Below, one piece after another: positions 25,473 to 37,459 of a stretch of 64,000 nt of DNA. Source of the DNA: Balanoglossus misakiensis (Eukaryota; Animalia; Hemichordata); NCBI GenBank assembly GCA_040954595.2, contig CM082592.2, positions 8,233,677 through 8,297,676 on the forward strand, read 5' to 3'. The translations under genes and the position numbers were made by a program. The notes below the pieces were generated by a model. That model was not told the origin of the DNA and made no database searches. It worked only from the letters and a program-made list of their open reading frames with translations. The number at the start of each line of letters is the position of its first letter. The first letter of the stretch is position 1.

Positions 25473-28400
25473 TCATGCGTCGGCCTCGCCGTCACCCTCC
25501 ACTTTGTGTAAATTAACTTGATATCGATCTTCGACATCTTCCTTTTTCAGGCAGTTGCCTCGCCTTATCTGGAGAAAAAAAATGAAAAGTCGTTTTCTAT
25601 ATTGTCCACCCTTACACCAGGATTCGAATTTCTACCGAATAGAGCGACGTACTGTATAATTTTTCGCCGTATTTTCATTTAAACCCAGAAGTTTTGAAAA
25701 TGGCCGACTGTGTTGCCACTTACCTCGATCAGGAAAATGCCTGACTTTGTGTTCGGAAACTTGTAGGCATACACAACCCAACCAATGACAACAGCGAACA
25801 ACACCACGATTATGAAGAAACTGACGAGTCCTCCGATGTTAACACCGCCCCCACCGACAGACTTCGTCCTGCCACTGTCTTGCACCTGTTTCGCTGATGG
25901 TACATTCTGTCCATCTCCCTTCGGAGTCTCATTGCTTGTGTCTGTCGGAATTATAAAAAATAGTTGACATGATTATATCCATATCTGTATAAAAGTTTGG
26001 TTAATTGTATTAGTATGATAATTTAATGTTACTAGCCTGTATTATTTACAAATAATTTCTTGACATTTAATTTATATTTAAATAATTCTAGTTGTTGATA
26101 AAAAAAACAATCGCCAATTCAAGACTTTTGAATTGACAATTTGTATGCATGGGCAATAACCGCTCAACAGACTTACCCCTTTTCTGGCAAGTTCGCCCGT
26201 ACCAACTGAGAGTGCATATGCAACGATAGCCCCCTATCTTGTTGACACATGTGCCTCCGTTCAAACACGGCAGCAGTTCGGCACAGAAATCCATATCGAT
26301 AACTGTAACGACAGATCCAATGTGACGTCAGCGTTATGAAGTGAAAGCTAGAATTGACGTTTGTGTGGTACGCAACGGGATTGAATGTTAAAATCGAAAA
26401 GGAAAGGCTCTGAAGTGCATGCTACTAAAGTATACATACTTTTCTGGCAGTAGTCGCCCTCATAGCCGGGCTGGCAGTCACAAAAGTACTTGTTCGCGCC
26501 ATTAACACACTTCCCGTCGTTCTGACAGGGGTCACTTGCGCAGCGGTCGACACCTGCAAGAGGAATGCATACAATAGGCGTTATGATCATTGACAGATTC
26601 CCGACCATGTGAAGAATTCAAAGGCGAGAGCCTTAGAGAATTATTGACTCACTCTTTTCGCATCTGATTCCTGTAAATCCAGCGTTACAGTCACATTCGA
26701 AGTTGCCATGGTGATTAACCGTACAGGAACCACGGTAACAGGGGTTACTGAGACAAGGGTCCGGGCCTGGAATAAAGAACAAATTGTGTTGAGCAAAAGA
26801 ACTGCACGCCAGTTTTTGGATAAAGTTGAATATTTTCTGGTATACAGGCTTTAGCAAACTTATGATTAACATTTTGGACGCCTATAACACGCAGCAGTAA
26901 AAAAATCCCGACGTATATTATCCTACATGTTTGCTTGTCTTGGTGAAGCTGTTAAAATGACTACCTGTTGCCAACAGTTCTGCTGTGGTTGTTTCTGCTG
27001 CTTTTGCGGTGAATTTTGTTAGTGGTATCGTTGTTGATGTCGTCGCTGGGTGATTGCTCTTCAATTCCGCTGTGGTGTCGACGGTTGTTGTTGTTGTTGC
27101 TGCTGTCGGTGTTGATGTTGTTATTGTCGGGGCTGGCACCGTGGTCGTTGACACTGTCGTTGATGGCGTCGCCGTGGTCGATGCTTGGGTCGACGTCGCC
27201 GGGCATGCGTGATGCCACATAACACCCTGTAACGAGTCCACACGAACAATATGTTCATAAACCGACGTCAGCAGTATGAACTTGCAAAAAAATACACACA
27301 CTAGCTATGGCCATACGTCTTACCAGGCTATTATTTTCATTCGCAAATTCAGGTGGTATTATTTCTGTGGTGAAATGTGTGTGGGTGTGTACAAGTACTT
27401 CTAATTATTGACGCCCCTCAAAATTCAATGGAGACGCCGGCAAACTAAATTATGCAAATTGGACTGAATGTGAACACGCGAACGGATCGATCATGCACAC
27501 TTACGTTTTCGTCGCAGTCGTTTTCTACCCATTCTTGCCTGTGCCTGTCGAACCCGCTAGAACATTTACCGGTTGTTTCACACCAGCTACAGTTGAACCC
27601 GGTCGAACTGTCCGTGCACGCATCGCAAGAATCGAACAGATGGCATGCTGTAAATTGACACCAACAGTTTTAAATATTAAAATCTTATAGAGGCTTTCAG
27701 TCTAACCGTTTACAAAGGAACCTGGAGGATACATTAGTCAAATTCATTTCAATCGAGTATTATAACTTTTCAGGCTGAAGCTGTGTGTTTTGCATTTTAT
27801 CAAAAACTAACAGGTGGGCCGACAAGCTTCCCGATCCACTTGAGCTGGAGCGCCCTCAGTTGGTGGCATCGCCAAGGCGTCGCCACCGACGAATGAGAGT
27901 ACTGCTATGCTAGTACATGTATGTGGCATGAAACTGAGACTTCTAAACTTACTTGGCAATGGTTCTAACAGTACAACACTGCCACTCAGCACTTTCCTGT
28001 ACTCCAACGAAAACCTGTGATACTCATAGATTGACCGCATAATTTTTCCTGCAATTGAATTCGACAGAAAAGGAATGATTACAGTCCATGGGTTACTAAG
28101 GCGATACCAAAGGACTCAAAGCAACGGTTGCTATGACTTTTTATGCAGATCACTTACCACCTCCGAGACGCCTGTCATGGTAGTACGCATCTGCCAAGCC
28201 AACCTTGACCGGGTGGGAGGAGTCTGATATTTCGGACACTGGTTTCGGAATCTGTCGGATAAAAAGAAATACCAGTCGGGTTCAGATGAGGGCGCCCTCA
28301 GGCAGTCGTCCAAGGGAACAGATGGCCTCGTCTCATGGCAGTTCGTCTGTGACGTGAAATATCATATTCACGTGAAACTACTACTTACATTTTTATATGC

Positions 28401-30227
28401 GAACGTGATCTTCCCATCTTGGTAAATCGACACTTGAAATGTGTAGCTACCGGCTGAGTAGAAATAGTAAGAACAGAGAAGGTAGTCAGAAATTCATCAA
28501 AATCTATAGACCCAGAATTTCTCGACAAATGAATTATTTACTCGGTGTAACGTTTGAGTTTTCGACAAAATGCAAACGTGTAAATAAAATACTGGCACAC
28601 ACACCTTCCTGGTCGTCCTGTAGGAAAGCCGAGTGCCACTCGGCTGTGAACATCGTACCTGCAAAAGAAGAAGAACGAAAAAGTTTTAGAATCAACAAAT
28701 AACGGACAAAGTCACGCCTGCGTTCATTTTCAAACTCAGTTGTAAACTCACTCAAATTTGATATCATAAATAAGAATAACTTATCAAGAGCTTTTTTCAC
28801 TTGAGAAACACTTCGCTCTCCAAATAAGTTCCAGTTTAATTACAAGAAGGTGTATTACCGTTATCCCTGACTTTGACCGAGGAGTTGCTGTACAGGCTGA
28901 GGTCAAAGTTCGCCATGAGTGGCGAGATGTACTGAGTGGACGCCAGCCATCTGTGAATGTACGATCCGGCGTAGATGAAACCGCCAGTGGTGACCACTGC
29001 TTGCCTCATGATGTGACCGTAGAAGGGAAAGTCGAACGAGAGAGGCACAAGCTGCAAGTAACAGGAATGACGGATCAATTCTCCATGCCCCGACTAGCCA
29101 TTTCACTACTCGCTAAGGGGTCAAACTACAGGATGCCAAATTGCATTGTGGGTAAAAGGTCGACCAGACTGTTCATAGCTAAATGGTCTGGCTTCTGCAA
29201 TTTTGTGTCCAACTTCGGAACACAACATTCGTGCATCGAGAACTGTACGTCGTTGTTGTCAGTTTGACAATATTGACCGAAATTTAGGTAAACCATATAA
29301 CAAATGAATATCCGGGTTATTGTAACTCTCGAGCCTCGATTTCGATAGCAAGTTATCGTGTCTCACCACAGCCATTCTGTGATTGGTCGATAGGGTGTTC
29401 TGTATCACGACGTCATCGTCGTCTTCATTCTCCATGTCTATCCAGAACAGGTCCATTCCACCTGAACCAGGTTGGTAGTATTTGGCTGTGTAATACAGGT
29501 GGTTGACCTCTTCCTGAACGTATTGAAAAAAACAGTATTTCGAGTGAGGTGAAATGAAATTCTTATTTTGACCCACTTAGTAATTAATTAAATGAGATGC
29601 CCTATCACCCTATGAAGAATACTCACCACAATGTAATCCGTTTCATTTTGCGGTTCATCTCGCTTGTTTCTATGGTGATTAATGGACTCTACACTGACGT
29701 CGCTTCCAGGAGTGTCAAGGTGGTGTTGAATACTGTAAATATCTGGAAATTCAAAAATATATAATACAAAGTAAGACTGAGACGCTTGTTTTCGATAAAC
29801 TGTGGTCGTTCATCATTTTTATGACATGTCAATAATTGATGACTACTGCGGTGATCAAATCGGCAAACAGGTGTGACGTAAACCTATCGTTAATAATTTA
29901 AATTAATTTCGCTGGTCACTTTGAATGATGATTAGCCTGTATCAAAACAATCACCAATACAGATGTTTTTGAGAGGACTTACGGGAAAGAAAATACAACA
30001 AACGGTCGGAAATGTATGAAATTAAAAAAAAATATTTAATATAGCCATGTGTTTAATCTTATACTTTTTTCCCACATTGCAAAATATTTTAGGTAATCCT
30101 AAAATACTTCCATGTTGTGTGAAAATGATGACTTACCATATTGCTTTTGGTGACGTCCCTTGTCGGCAGAAGTGAAGGCAAGTAGAAGGAGACACGCCCA
30201 GCTGAGCAACGTTGTCGTCGATTCCAT
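25473..30227 (-). CDS. PLXDC: Plexin-domain-containing (PLXDC1/2, TEM7-like) type I membrane protein with Thr-rich stalk and 3 EGF repeats; 15 coding exons, ~642 aa
   Basis: Phase-consistent exons: 30227-30137 (signal peptide MESTTTLLSWACLLLLAFTSA), 29742-29627 (RNKR), 29513-29367, 29051-28859 (LSFDFPFYGH...TGGFIY...TQYISPLMANFD, PLXDC hallmark), 28658-28605, 28453-28389 (YTFQVSIYQDGKITFAYK), 28251-28158 (HPVKVGLADAY), 28048-27953 (IYEYHR), 27647-27505 (PSI: CHLFDSCDAC...CSWC...CSSGFDRHRQEW), 27226-26965 (Thr-rich), 26766-26653, 26553-26440, 26302-26177 (EGF x3), 25941-25724 (TM and YAYKFPNTKSGIFLIE), 25568-25473. Confidence 0.9.
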
Positions 30228-31953
30228 AGCTTTTCACATCTGCCTTGAGAAGAAAAAAACACAAAATCACATATCGGTTACTTCAGTCTCGCAACAGCCG
30301 ACGGTTTTTAGCGGAGAAAATTCGATTTTGGCGGGAACACGCGAATGACGCAGTTAAACTCACCGGGGAAGGTTACGACTTGATTCGACAGAGCTTGAAC
30401 TCTGACACGGGTTGATGAAATTTGCATTTTGACAATTCAAGTCGTCAACAAATCAAACAAAGAATTGACGCCTCGGGTTAATAATGTAGTAGTATTCCGC
30501 TGCCAGAGAAAATGCTAAATAATCCAACTAGGACGTCAATGCGGATTTCAGTCATTCCCTCGGGTGCTGGGCTGAGTATATATGCAAATTTTCTTGTGAG
30601 ATTTTATGTGAGAAAAATACAAAACGCCCTTAGGTAGGCTAAAAGAAAGAATGGAACATGGGATAGTCTTTAATGGAGTGTAGCTCTCTTATCATTGATA
30701 ACAGTTATATCGAGCAGCCATCATCATCATAATCATATTAAGACAAACTATTATGCGCGATAACAGAGAGCATGATATTAAGTCCACAGTAGGTAATTTA
30801 CCGTAATGGCGGTTTCTAGAAGAGAGCGCGGTTTATCGGCATATCATATCGCACAATGACATATCTGAGTCGGCATACTTCACAGTTTGATTTCAAACAG
30901 CTCACGCGGAATCGACACCGCCCGATTAATTGCAAAACACCGCTGTGATAAATACGGGGTTGGATCGGAGAATTTGAAACGCGAGCGAGGTGACCCCTTT
31001 CTCCCCAAGCGACCTTTTATTCTTGTCAGGGCGAAGTAATACTTTCATTGGCGATTTAACCCCTTTCAGAGTGCGTCTGTCATTTGCGGAAAGGTTAAGG
31101 CAGCAGCGCCTATACAAAAACTTGATATATTCATTGAGTAAACAAGATAAAAACTCAAACAAATTTCTCGCTGAGGACCATATATTTACATGTTACATCA
31201 ACCAATCAGCAGGCAATATCTCACCATTAAAATAAGTGTGTCATCTATTAGCAAGCCTGAAAATACAGAATGACAGAACTGTCAAAAGATGCCAACAAGT
31301 TTATAAGTACTTTGCTCCAGAATGGATATAGGTAAAATTGAGTTACGATCTGCACGTTTCTACATTGCCAACGAGATAGCTACTACATGCTCCGCTGCTT
31401 AATGTAATATGGCAAACGCTGAATTTCATATTACCTACGTGCGCCCGGAAGAAATAAGCATAATACTAAGTAGAATTTTCGAGAACCAGCTCCAAACTCG
31501 CATATAACGTAATGTTTGCGTCTTTTATTTCCAGAGCTGGTTTATTTCGGGTTTCGTTCATCGAGAAACTCTGTGCCGGTGTCGTAATATTTCTCAAAAG
31601 GAGACCTTACGAATCCCGCAATTTATGCAGCTATAATTACTTTTAATTGCAAGTGTGTTGCTGGGAAAGATAATTTCATTCGTTTTTCGTAGTTTCACGG
31701 CGAAATTTAAATGAGCAAAACCCAAAATAAATGAGCGGGTGTTGTAAAGAATTATACGTGTTGGAAAAGGGTTTATCGATCTTTTATATAGTTGGCCAAA
31801 TATCGTCGACATATTCGTCACACGCAAAACCCCATTCAGTCACCGGTCTCGCGGGAAATCATTCACGCACGCAGTTATACAGCACATTTCTTCTCGCGCA
31901 GAGCCGATGTAAATTATATGTAGTTATGGTTAATAATCAGCTTAGTCGCCTGC

Positions 31954-32015
31954 TGACGTCACAAGGGTGTCTATAAATAGAACAGAAATCGCCATTTCTG
32001 CGGAGGCCATCTTTC
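31954..32015 (+). promoter_or_regulatory. Pol II core-promoter-like cluster: CRE, TATA box, two YY1-like sites
   Basis: TGACGTCA 31954-31961, TATAAAT 31972-31978, then cGCCATTTc and gGCCATCTT within ~35 nt downstream; CpG-rich context. Confidence 0.5.
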
Positions 32016-33979
32016 CGAGCGCAGCTTTGTAGACTTAAACCACGTCGTCGCGGGTTAATCTTGATTTATACTCGGACGACCAGTAAAGGACCTAGACCGC
32101 GTCTTCTTTCGTTAATATGGCCGACTCTAGATTTTCTATTTCCTTGAGCTGGAAATTTAGTAAAATTACAATTCTTTCTTTCTGTTGCGTCACGCGACCT
32201 TCGCGTTTTCATCTTGAAGACGTTTCCGATAAGCATTACATGGATATAGTGTAGTGGTAAACTGTGTAAATATAAACCTCATCGATCACGGGAAGGTTTT
32301 TGACTCTCTAACCACACCACTTTCACTGTTCTTTGCAGAGGGGGTTATTTTGATAGAAAACATTTACCGTGGGAAATTATATTACGGAAAAGTAAACAAC
32401 TCATAATAGGCAAGCAAATTATGCCGAAGTTGGCCATCGTGCTTTGACACGTTGTCAAGGGATCGTGGGAGAATATGCACACAACACAAAATGTCTCTGG
32501 CTATCGTTTTACAGTCTTCGGGCAATTCTGTTTTCCGCCAGAATGGTTACATATTAATATACAAAATTTTGCTCGTTTTTCGAATTTTTGTTCGCCGGTT
32601 GGTCGAATGCTGGTTATAGTGTTGTTCCCTTTGCGGTCGATGCTTGGTGAATAACGTCATGCAGAATTCATTAACGATGATTAAAGCTGACTTCAAAAAC
32701 GTAAACGTTGCGTTGCCCTTAGAATGGCGTACGCATTATAATTCGTAATACATACACTTAGGAGGGTCAGAAGTCGATTTGAAAAGATCGACATATATAC
32801 TGGCGACAGTGTTGTTTTTCTCTGTATGCGGGCTAGATCGATTGACCGCAATTATAACGATTGCTTGGGAAAATGGCTGTTCTTAATATTATGACAAGCC
32901 ATCCACGGTGTTATTCAATGCACTGAAACGCATATTATGGAAACGCAGCATTGAAATAAAAAGCCTAAATCTCAACTTGAAAGCGTCGCTCATGTCGTTT
33001 TTAACTGAAGGAGCAGCGGTAGCTCACGAACGACTTTACTGAACGTTGATTTACGGTTCCAGTGAGCGTTTAGATCTAATTCGAAGAAGATTATTGTTTG
33101 ACACAGTCACTGTGAATGAAGCTTATCACTTTCTCTTTAACGAAGACTAATCGTTCAGAATTCACGTTCAGCCAGAGAACGCCCCCTGAAAGGCCCGACC
33201 GTGCACTCTTGCCCCACTGTACCCCCTGAATATCACATACTTTGAATTAGTTGACTACCGTCTTTATAATGCACGGACCTATATCAAATGAGTTTTTTCG
33301 CGGGCATGTTCTTAATCTTATCCACCTCATTCGTCATCAGCGCGATCTCACTTACACGTCCGGCCGACACTCGTAGCCGTCTTAATATACCGTGTCGACT
33401 TCACGTGCGGCCATTTTCAAAAATTAAGTGAGCACCTTGTAAATAAGACAGCGTTGCTATTAGTCTGTATTCAGATGAGAAGAACTAGCTCTCACTCTAA
33501 ATTATGATCTGCATTTCAATCATCCGTTTCTTAGAGCCACCCCAACGTTCGCAGATCATTATTCAGCGCTCATACATACGCTGTGTGACGTTTCAGCCCT
33601 GTTGTTGTTACTGCGGGTAAGATTATATTGAACGGTAAATTTTAGAGGGTCGATGGCGGATTATCATAAACACTGAGAAGTATTTTAAAATTCATTCGAC
33701 CGCTTAAGCGAACACGTCTCGAGAATAATTTTGCGGCTGTTGCCGGTTGTATACATGCGCTTTCATTTTCTGCAATCGCGAAATCGACGATGCATGGAAT
33801 TTCTTTTACATAACACTGACCGACCTTACACCTGGGCATGGCGCTTTATACACTGCCTGTCATCGCGTCCATATGTACGTACCTCGTGTGAGTTGATCTA
33901 GAATATCTTTTATCTTTCTTTATAAACACAAGAACAGAGCGCGGACACGAGAGAGTCTACGTTTTGAGATATACCTTAC

Positions 33980-34325
33980 CTGTTAAATCGTTCGACCTTC
34001 GTTGACAAGCTCCGGTTCGTAGCGACGAAGACGTTTTCCCATGAAAGAAATTAAAGGTCGACCCGTCAATTGAAAGTCGATCGCCGAATTGACATGCAGA
34101 TTTCAGCTCATTTGCATGAGAAAGGCGAGATTAGGACTCGATCGGATGCGGGGAAAAGGCTCTTTCCGTGAGTAATGGCGTACAGCGGAGTCGACTCGAC
34201 GCAGCAGGAATACCGGTCGCGGTCGATACGGTGCAGTCAGATGGTCATATGAAGGTTAATACGTGTCTTGAAGCGCCTCTCGTGCGCACTGTCGAGAAAG
34301 ATGTCCTGCCGCGCATTTATATATA
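33980..34325 (-). promoter_or_regulatory. Candidate TATA promoter and non-coding first exon on the minus strand (possibly PLXDC 5' end)
   Basis: TATATAAA on - at ~34316-34325, CpG-rich ~300 nt segment, strong donor CAG|GTAAGG at 33980/33979, octamer ATTTGCAT at 34110-34117. Confidence 0.4.
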
Positions 34326-34740
34326 ACAGGCCAACAATCATGTCAATCATAAATTGGTATCAGGTTTTGTTTATCACATTTTATTTACGGCGGAGAGTAT
34401 ACACCCCCTTGAAGGAACGGGCAGATTACCACGAGCGGTACACAAAATGTGAACCCTTGCACGTTTGAAACATTTTCCTCAAAATATGAGAGCTCGCTAA
34501 TAGGACCACAAGCTGAGAATAAATTCGTATGGATGACATACTGGTTTACTTTTATCAGAAATGAACAAGGAAATTGTGCGGAGAGAATGTGACAAGACAA
34601 GAGTGATGGATTGGCCGGGGTCGGAGTACAAGGCTTAAATTCGGTGTTATTTGATGTATTCGATTCCTATACCCTATTCTATAAGAGCTGTAATACTACT
34701 AGTCTATACCACACTAATGATTACCACACCATAATGCACC

Positions 34741-34890
34741 GTACTGTACTGTACTGCACTGCACTGCACTGTACTGTACTGTACTGTACTGTACTGTACT
34801 GTACTGTACTGTACTGTACTGTACTGTACTGTACTGTACTGTATTGTACTGTACTGTACTGTACTGTACTGTACTGTACTGTACTGTATG
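34741..34890. repeat. (GTACT)n pentanucleotide microsatellite, ~29 copies
   Basis: gtactgtactgtact... with a few gcact variants; it produces the spurious CTVLY ORFs. Confidence 0.97.
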
Positions 34891-37459
34891 GTATAGTAAA
34901 ATGGTGTTTTTGCGTGAAAACTACAGGATCTTACAAAATAAACATGAAAATATCGAACAACTGCATAGCGGCGCGTCTTTGAAATCTGGCGTCCTTCACC
35001 GTGCTTGTGATGGGTGTACTTTTTTCTGTTTAGGTTAATTAATAAATTACTAGTATCTGTTTACAAAATTTGCAAGTAGGCCACAGCGAAGAATATCAGC
35101 AGGCGACCCCATGCAAAGCGGTTGTAGTGGGGCGGGACTACAGCGCTGGCGCATTCCGCGGAATGTGACAGTCTGCGGTTTTCTAGGCATTTTCATACAT
35201 TAGCGTATCCCAACACCATGTTTGAAGTTTGTCAGCTGTTCCGCGATGATAGACAAAAAAATCTGCATATTTCTCGCGATCGTTCATTTACACATGTTAC
35301 ACCTTGTACCAGCCTTTCGCTGTGGTCGCGGCTACCAATGACACTGCAGCCCCGCTACTTTGGAAAGTTAACGTCCTTGGGGGAGGGTACATCTCTCGCC
35401 AAGTCTGGTACAGAAAAATGTCTAAGAACATTGCATTTTTACTCACTTGTTGACAAAATCATGACCAAAACAGCCGGGGACGCAAAGTACGGTCAAAAAT
35501 GAAAACGAACGCAAGAGGTTGTTGCATCATGCAAACAAAGCGGCCTTGGCCTGCTACGACATTATAACAAATCGTAATTTATGTTGGGCAAAATATTTGA
35601 GAACATACACCGAGTTCGGGTGCCAGATTATTTTTATTTTGCTATAAGGGATTCCGATGGAAAATTTGTAAAAAGGGTTTATGAATCACAGAAAATCGGG
35701 GTATGTACCCCCTCCCCCGCGAGTAGGGTTATATCAACGAAAATCAAGGCCAAGAGTTTCTGAAAATGTCGAGTAGTTTTGCAAAAGGGTGATGGGTGTG
35801 CCTTATCTTAAAACACATCAGCATGGCTACTCTTCTTTGGGTAATTGAGTTTAGTTACTCAATATCAAAATATGTGATTATCCATATTTAAGATCAAAGG
35901 GTCAGACGGGCGCATAAGATCTGGGGTTTGTTTATTTGGATCAACGCAGCCTTCGAGAAAGTTTACCCCAGGAGATCAAAACTCTTTCTGGTTATCACAG
36001 AATGGCGACGCAACATATGTGTACACCTGCCCTACCGGTTCACGCGTTCTGGATTCATCCATTTTGTTATAGGGGTTATCTCGGTGCCATCACCTTACGT
36101 ATTTCAGCACTTCAAATACATGTGCAACACTTTCCTCCAGGAGCGAAAAAGGGACCAGATTTATGATCCTCGCCAACAGTTGGCACACACGAAAACAAGA
36201 TACCCCCTAGGTCGCAGAGGATAGCCGGTGTTGTCTCCAAATACCACCACGGCTTAACTTATGTATACCACTTAAAATACGCAAGATTCGGCAATAATTG
36301 GAACGGTGCATACACTGTAGTCGGACTGATCTTGTTTTAGTCAACAAACTCAAGAATTCTATCTGTCTGCCCCCTACAGAGAATGCTTGACAGGTTCTTT
36401 TATCAATCGTTTACTTCAACATCCAAAGATTGGCACGCAGCTTGCAACAGGCCCAAATCTGTGGTCACGAATCTACACCAGGCCATTAAGTCTTTCCTGC
36501 TGAAATTATGATCCCTCGATTGAAGGAGCGCGTTTTACCCTGAACATGAAACTACATTCGGGCCGAAAGAAGTTTTCCTTGAAGAAACTCTTATAAATTG
36601 GTCGATTTAAAAAAAAGGAAATGTATTGTAGTCCGCAACTTTGACAAAAGAATGCTGGTCGGTTTTTGAACTGAGATTTTTTACGCACGGCTGTTTACAT
36701 GTATTATATTTCTCTCAACTCAGAAAACTCCTCATACGGATATCGTTTCATGCGTGACCTTGCTCATGTTACAGTACCGCCAATGGCTGGTGCTGGCCAA
36801 AGAAACTTTGGGATATCGTAGTTTGTTTTTAAAAAGTGTCTGTGCAACCAGTTAATAAATTTGAAGGACATCATCAATCATCATTTATTTGTCACTGATG
36901 TTTACGTTTTCCAATATTGTTGCTGAAAAAGATACGGAAGGGAGAAATCCTTGGGCCGCTTTTTGAAATTCCGAATATGACAGGTGGGGTGACGTGTGAC
37001 GTCTTGGTCTTCATACGGAGCCGCGCCTACACATTTTCTGCAGGGCAAGGATTTTATTCAGACAACCGTACGCCACCACTATGCTCCTGAGGCCTGCAAG
37101 CTTACTTTTACCATGCGGTGCGGCCATAATTTTGTCAGTCGCAAGACGGACGCCTACCAATGCAATCCCATCATACACCGGCACTATCACTAAAGATTGT
37201 CTAGGCGATAGCGCGCCCTCAACGGTAGATAGTGAAATACCACCATGTTTTAGCCATAAGTCATATCGACACAGGTAAGTCAAGTTGGTTATACCAAACA
37301 AATACTTTGCTAATCTAACGCGTACACATTCTGCCAAAACCACCATATCACTCCAGACCCATACATTCAATAAACTTTGATTTCACTGAATCACACCCCC
37401 AGCACTCAATTCACAGCATGCAGTGTTTGTTTTTTAAACAAGCCACCAAACACCATGGC

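Noticed and set aside
32241-32320. tRNA or tRNA-derived SINE (A-box-like TAGTGTAGTGG)
   Set aside because: No proper B-box (GGTTCGA) and no cloverleaf could be folded by eye.
32587-32608. miR-375-like TTTGTTCG start
   Set aside because: Only the seed region matches and no complementary arm for a hairpin is apparent.
34611-35038. Cys/Tyr-rich ORFs (CTVLY repeats)
   Set aside because: Translation of the (GTACT)n microsatellite.
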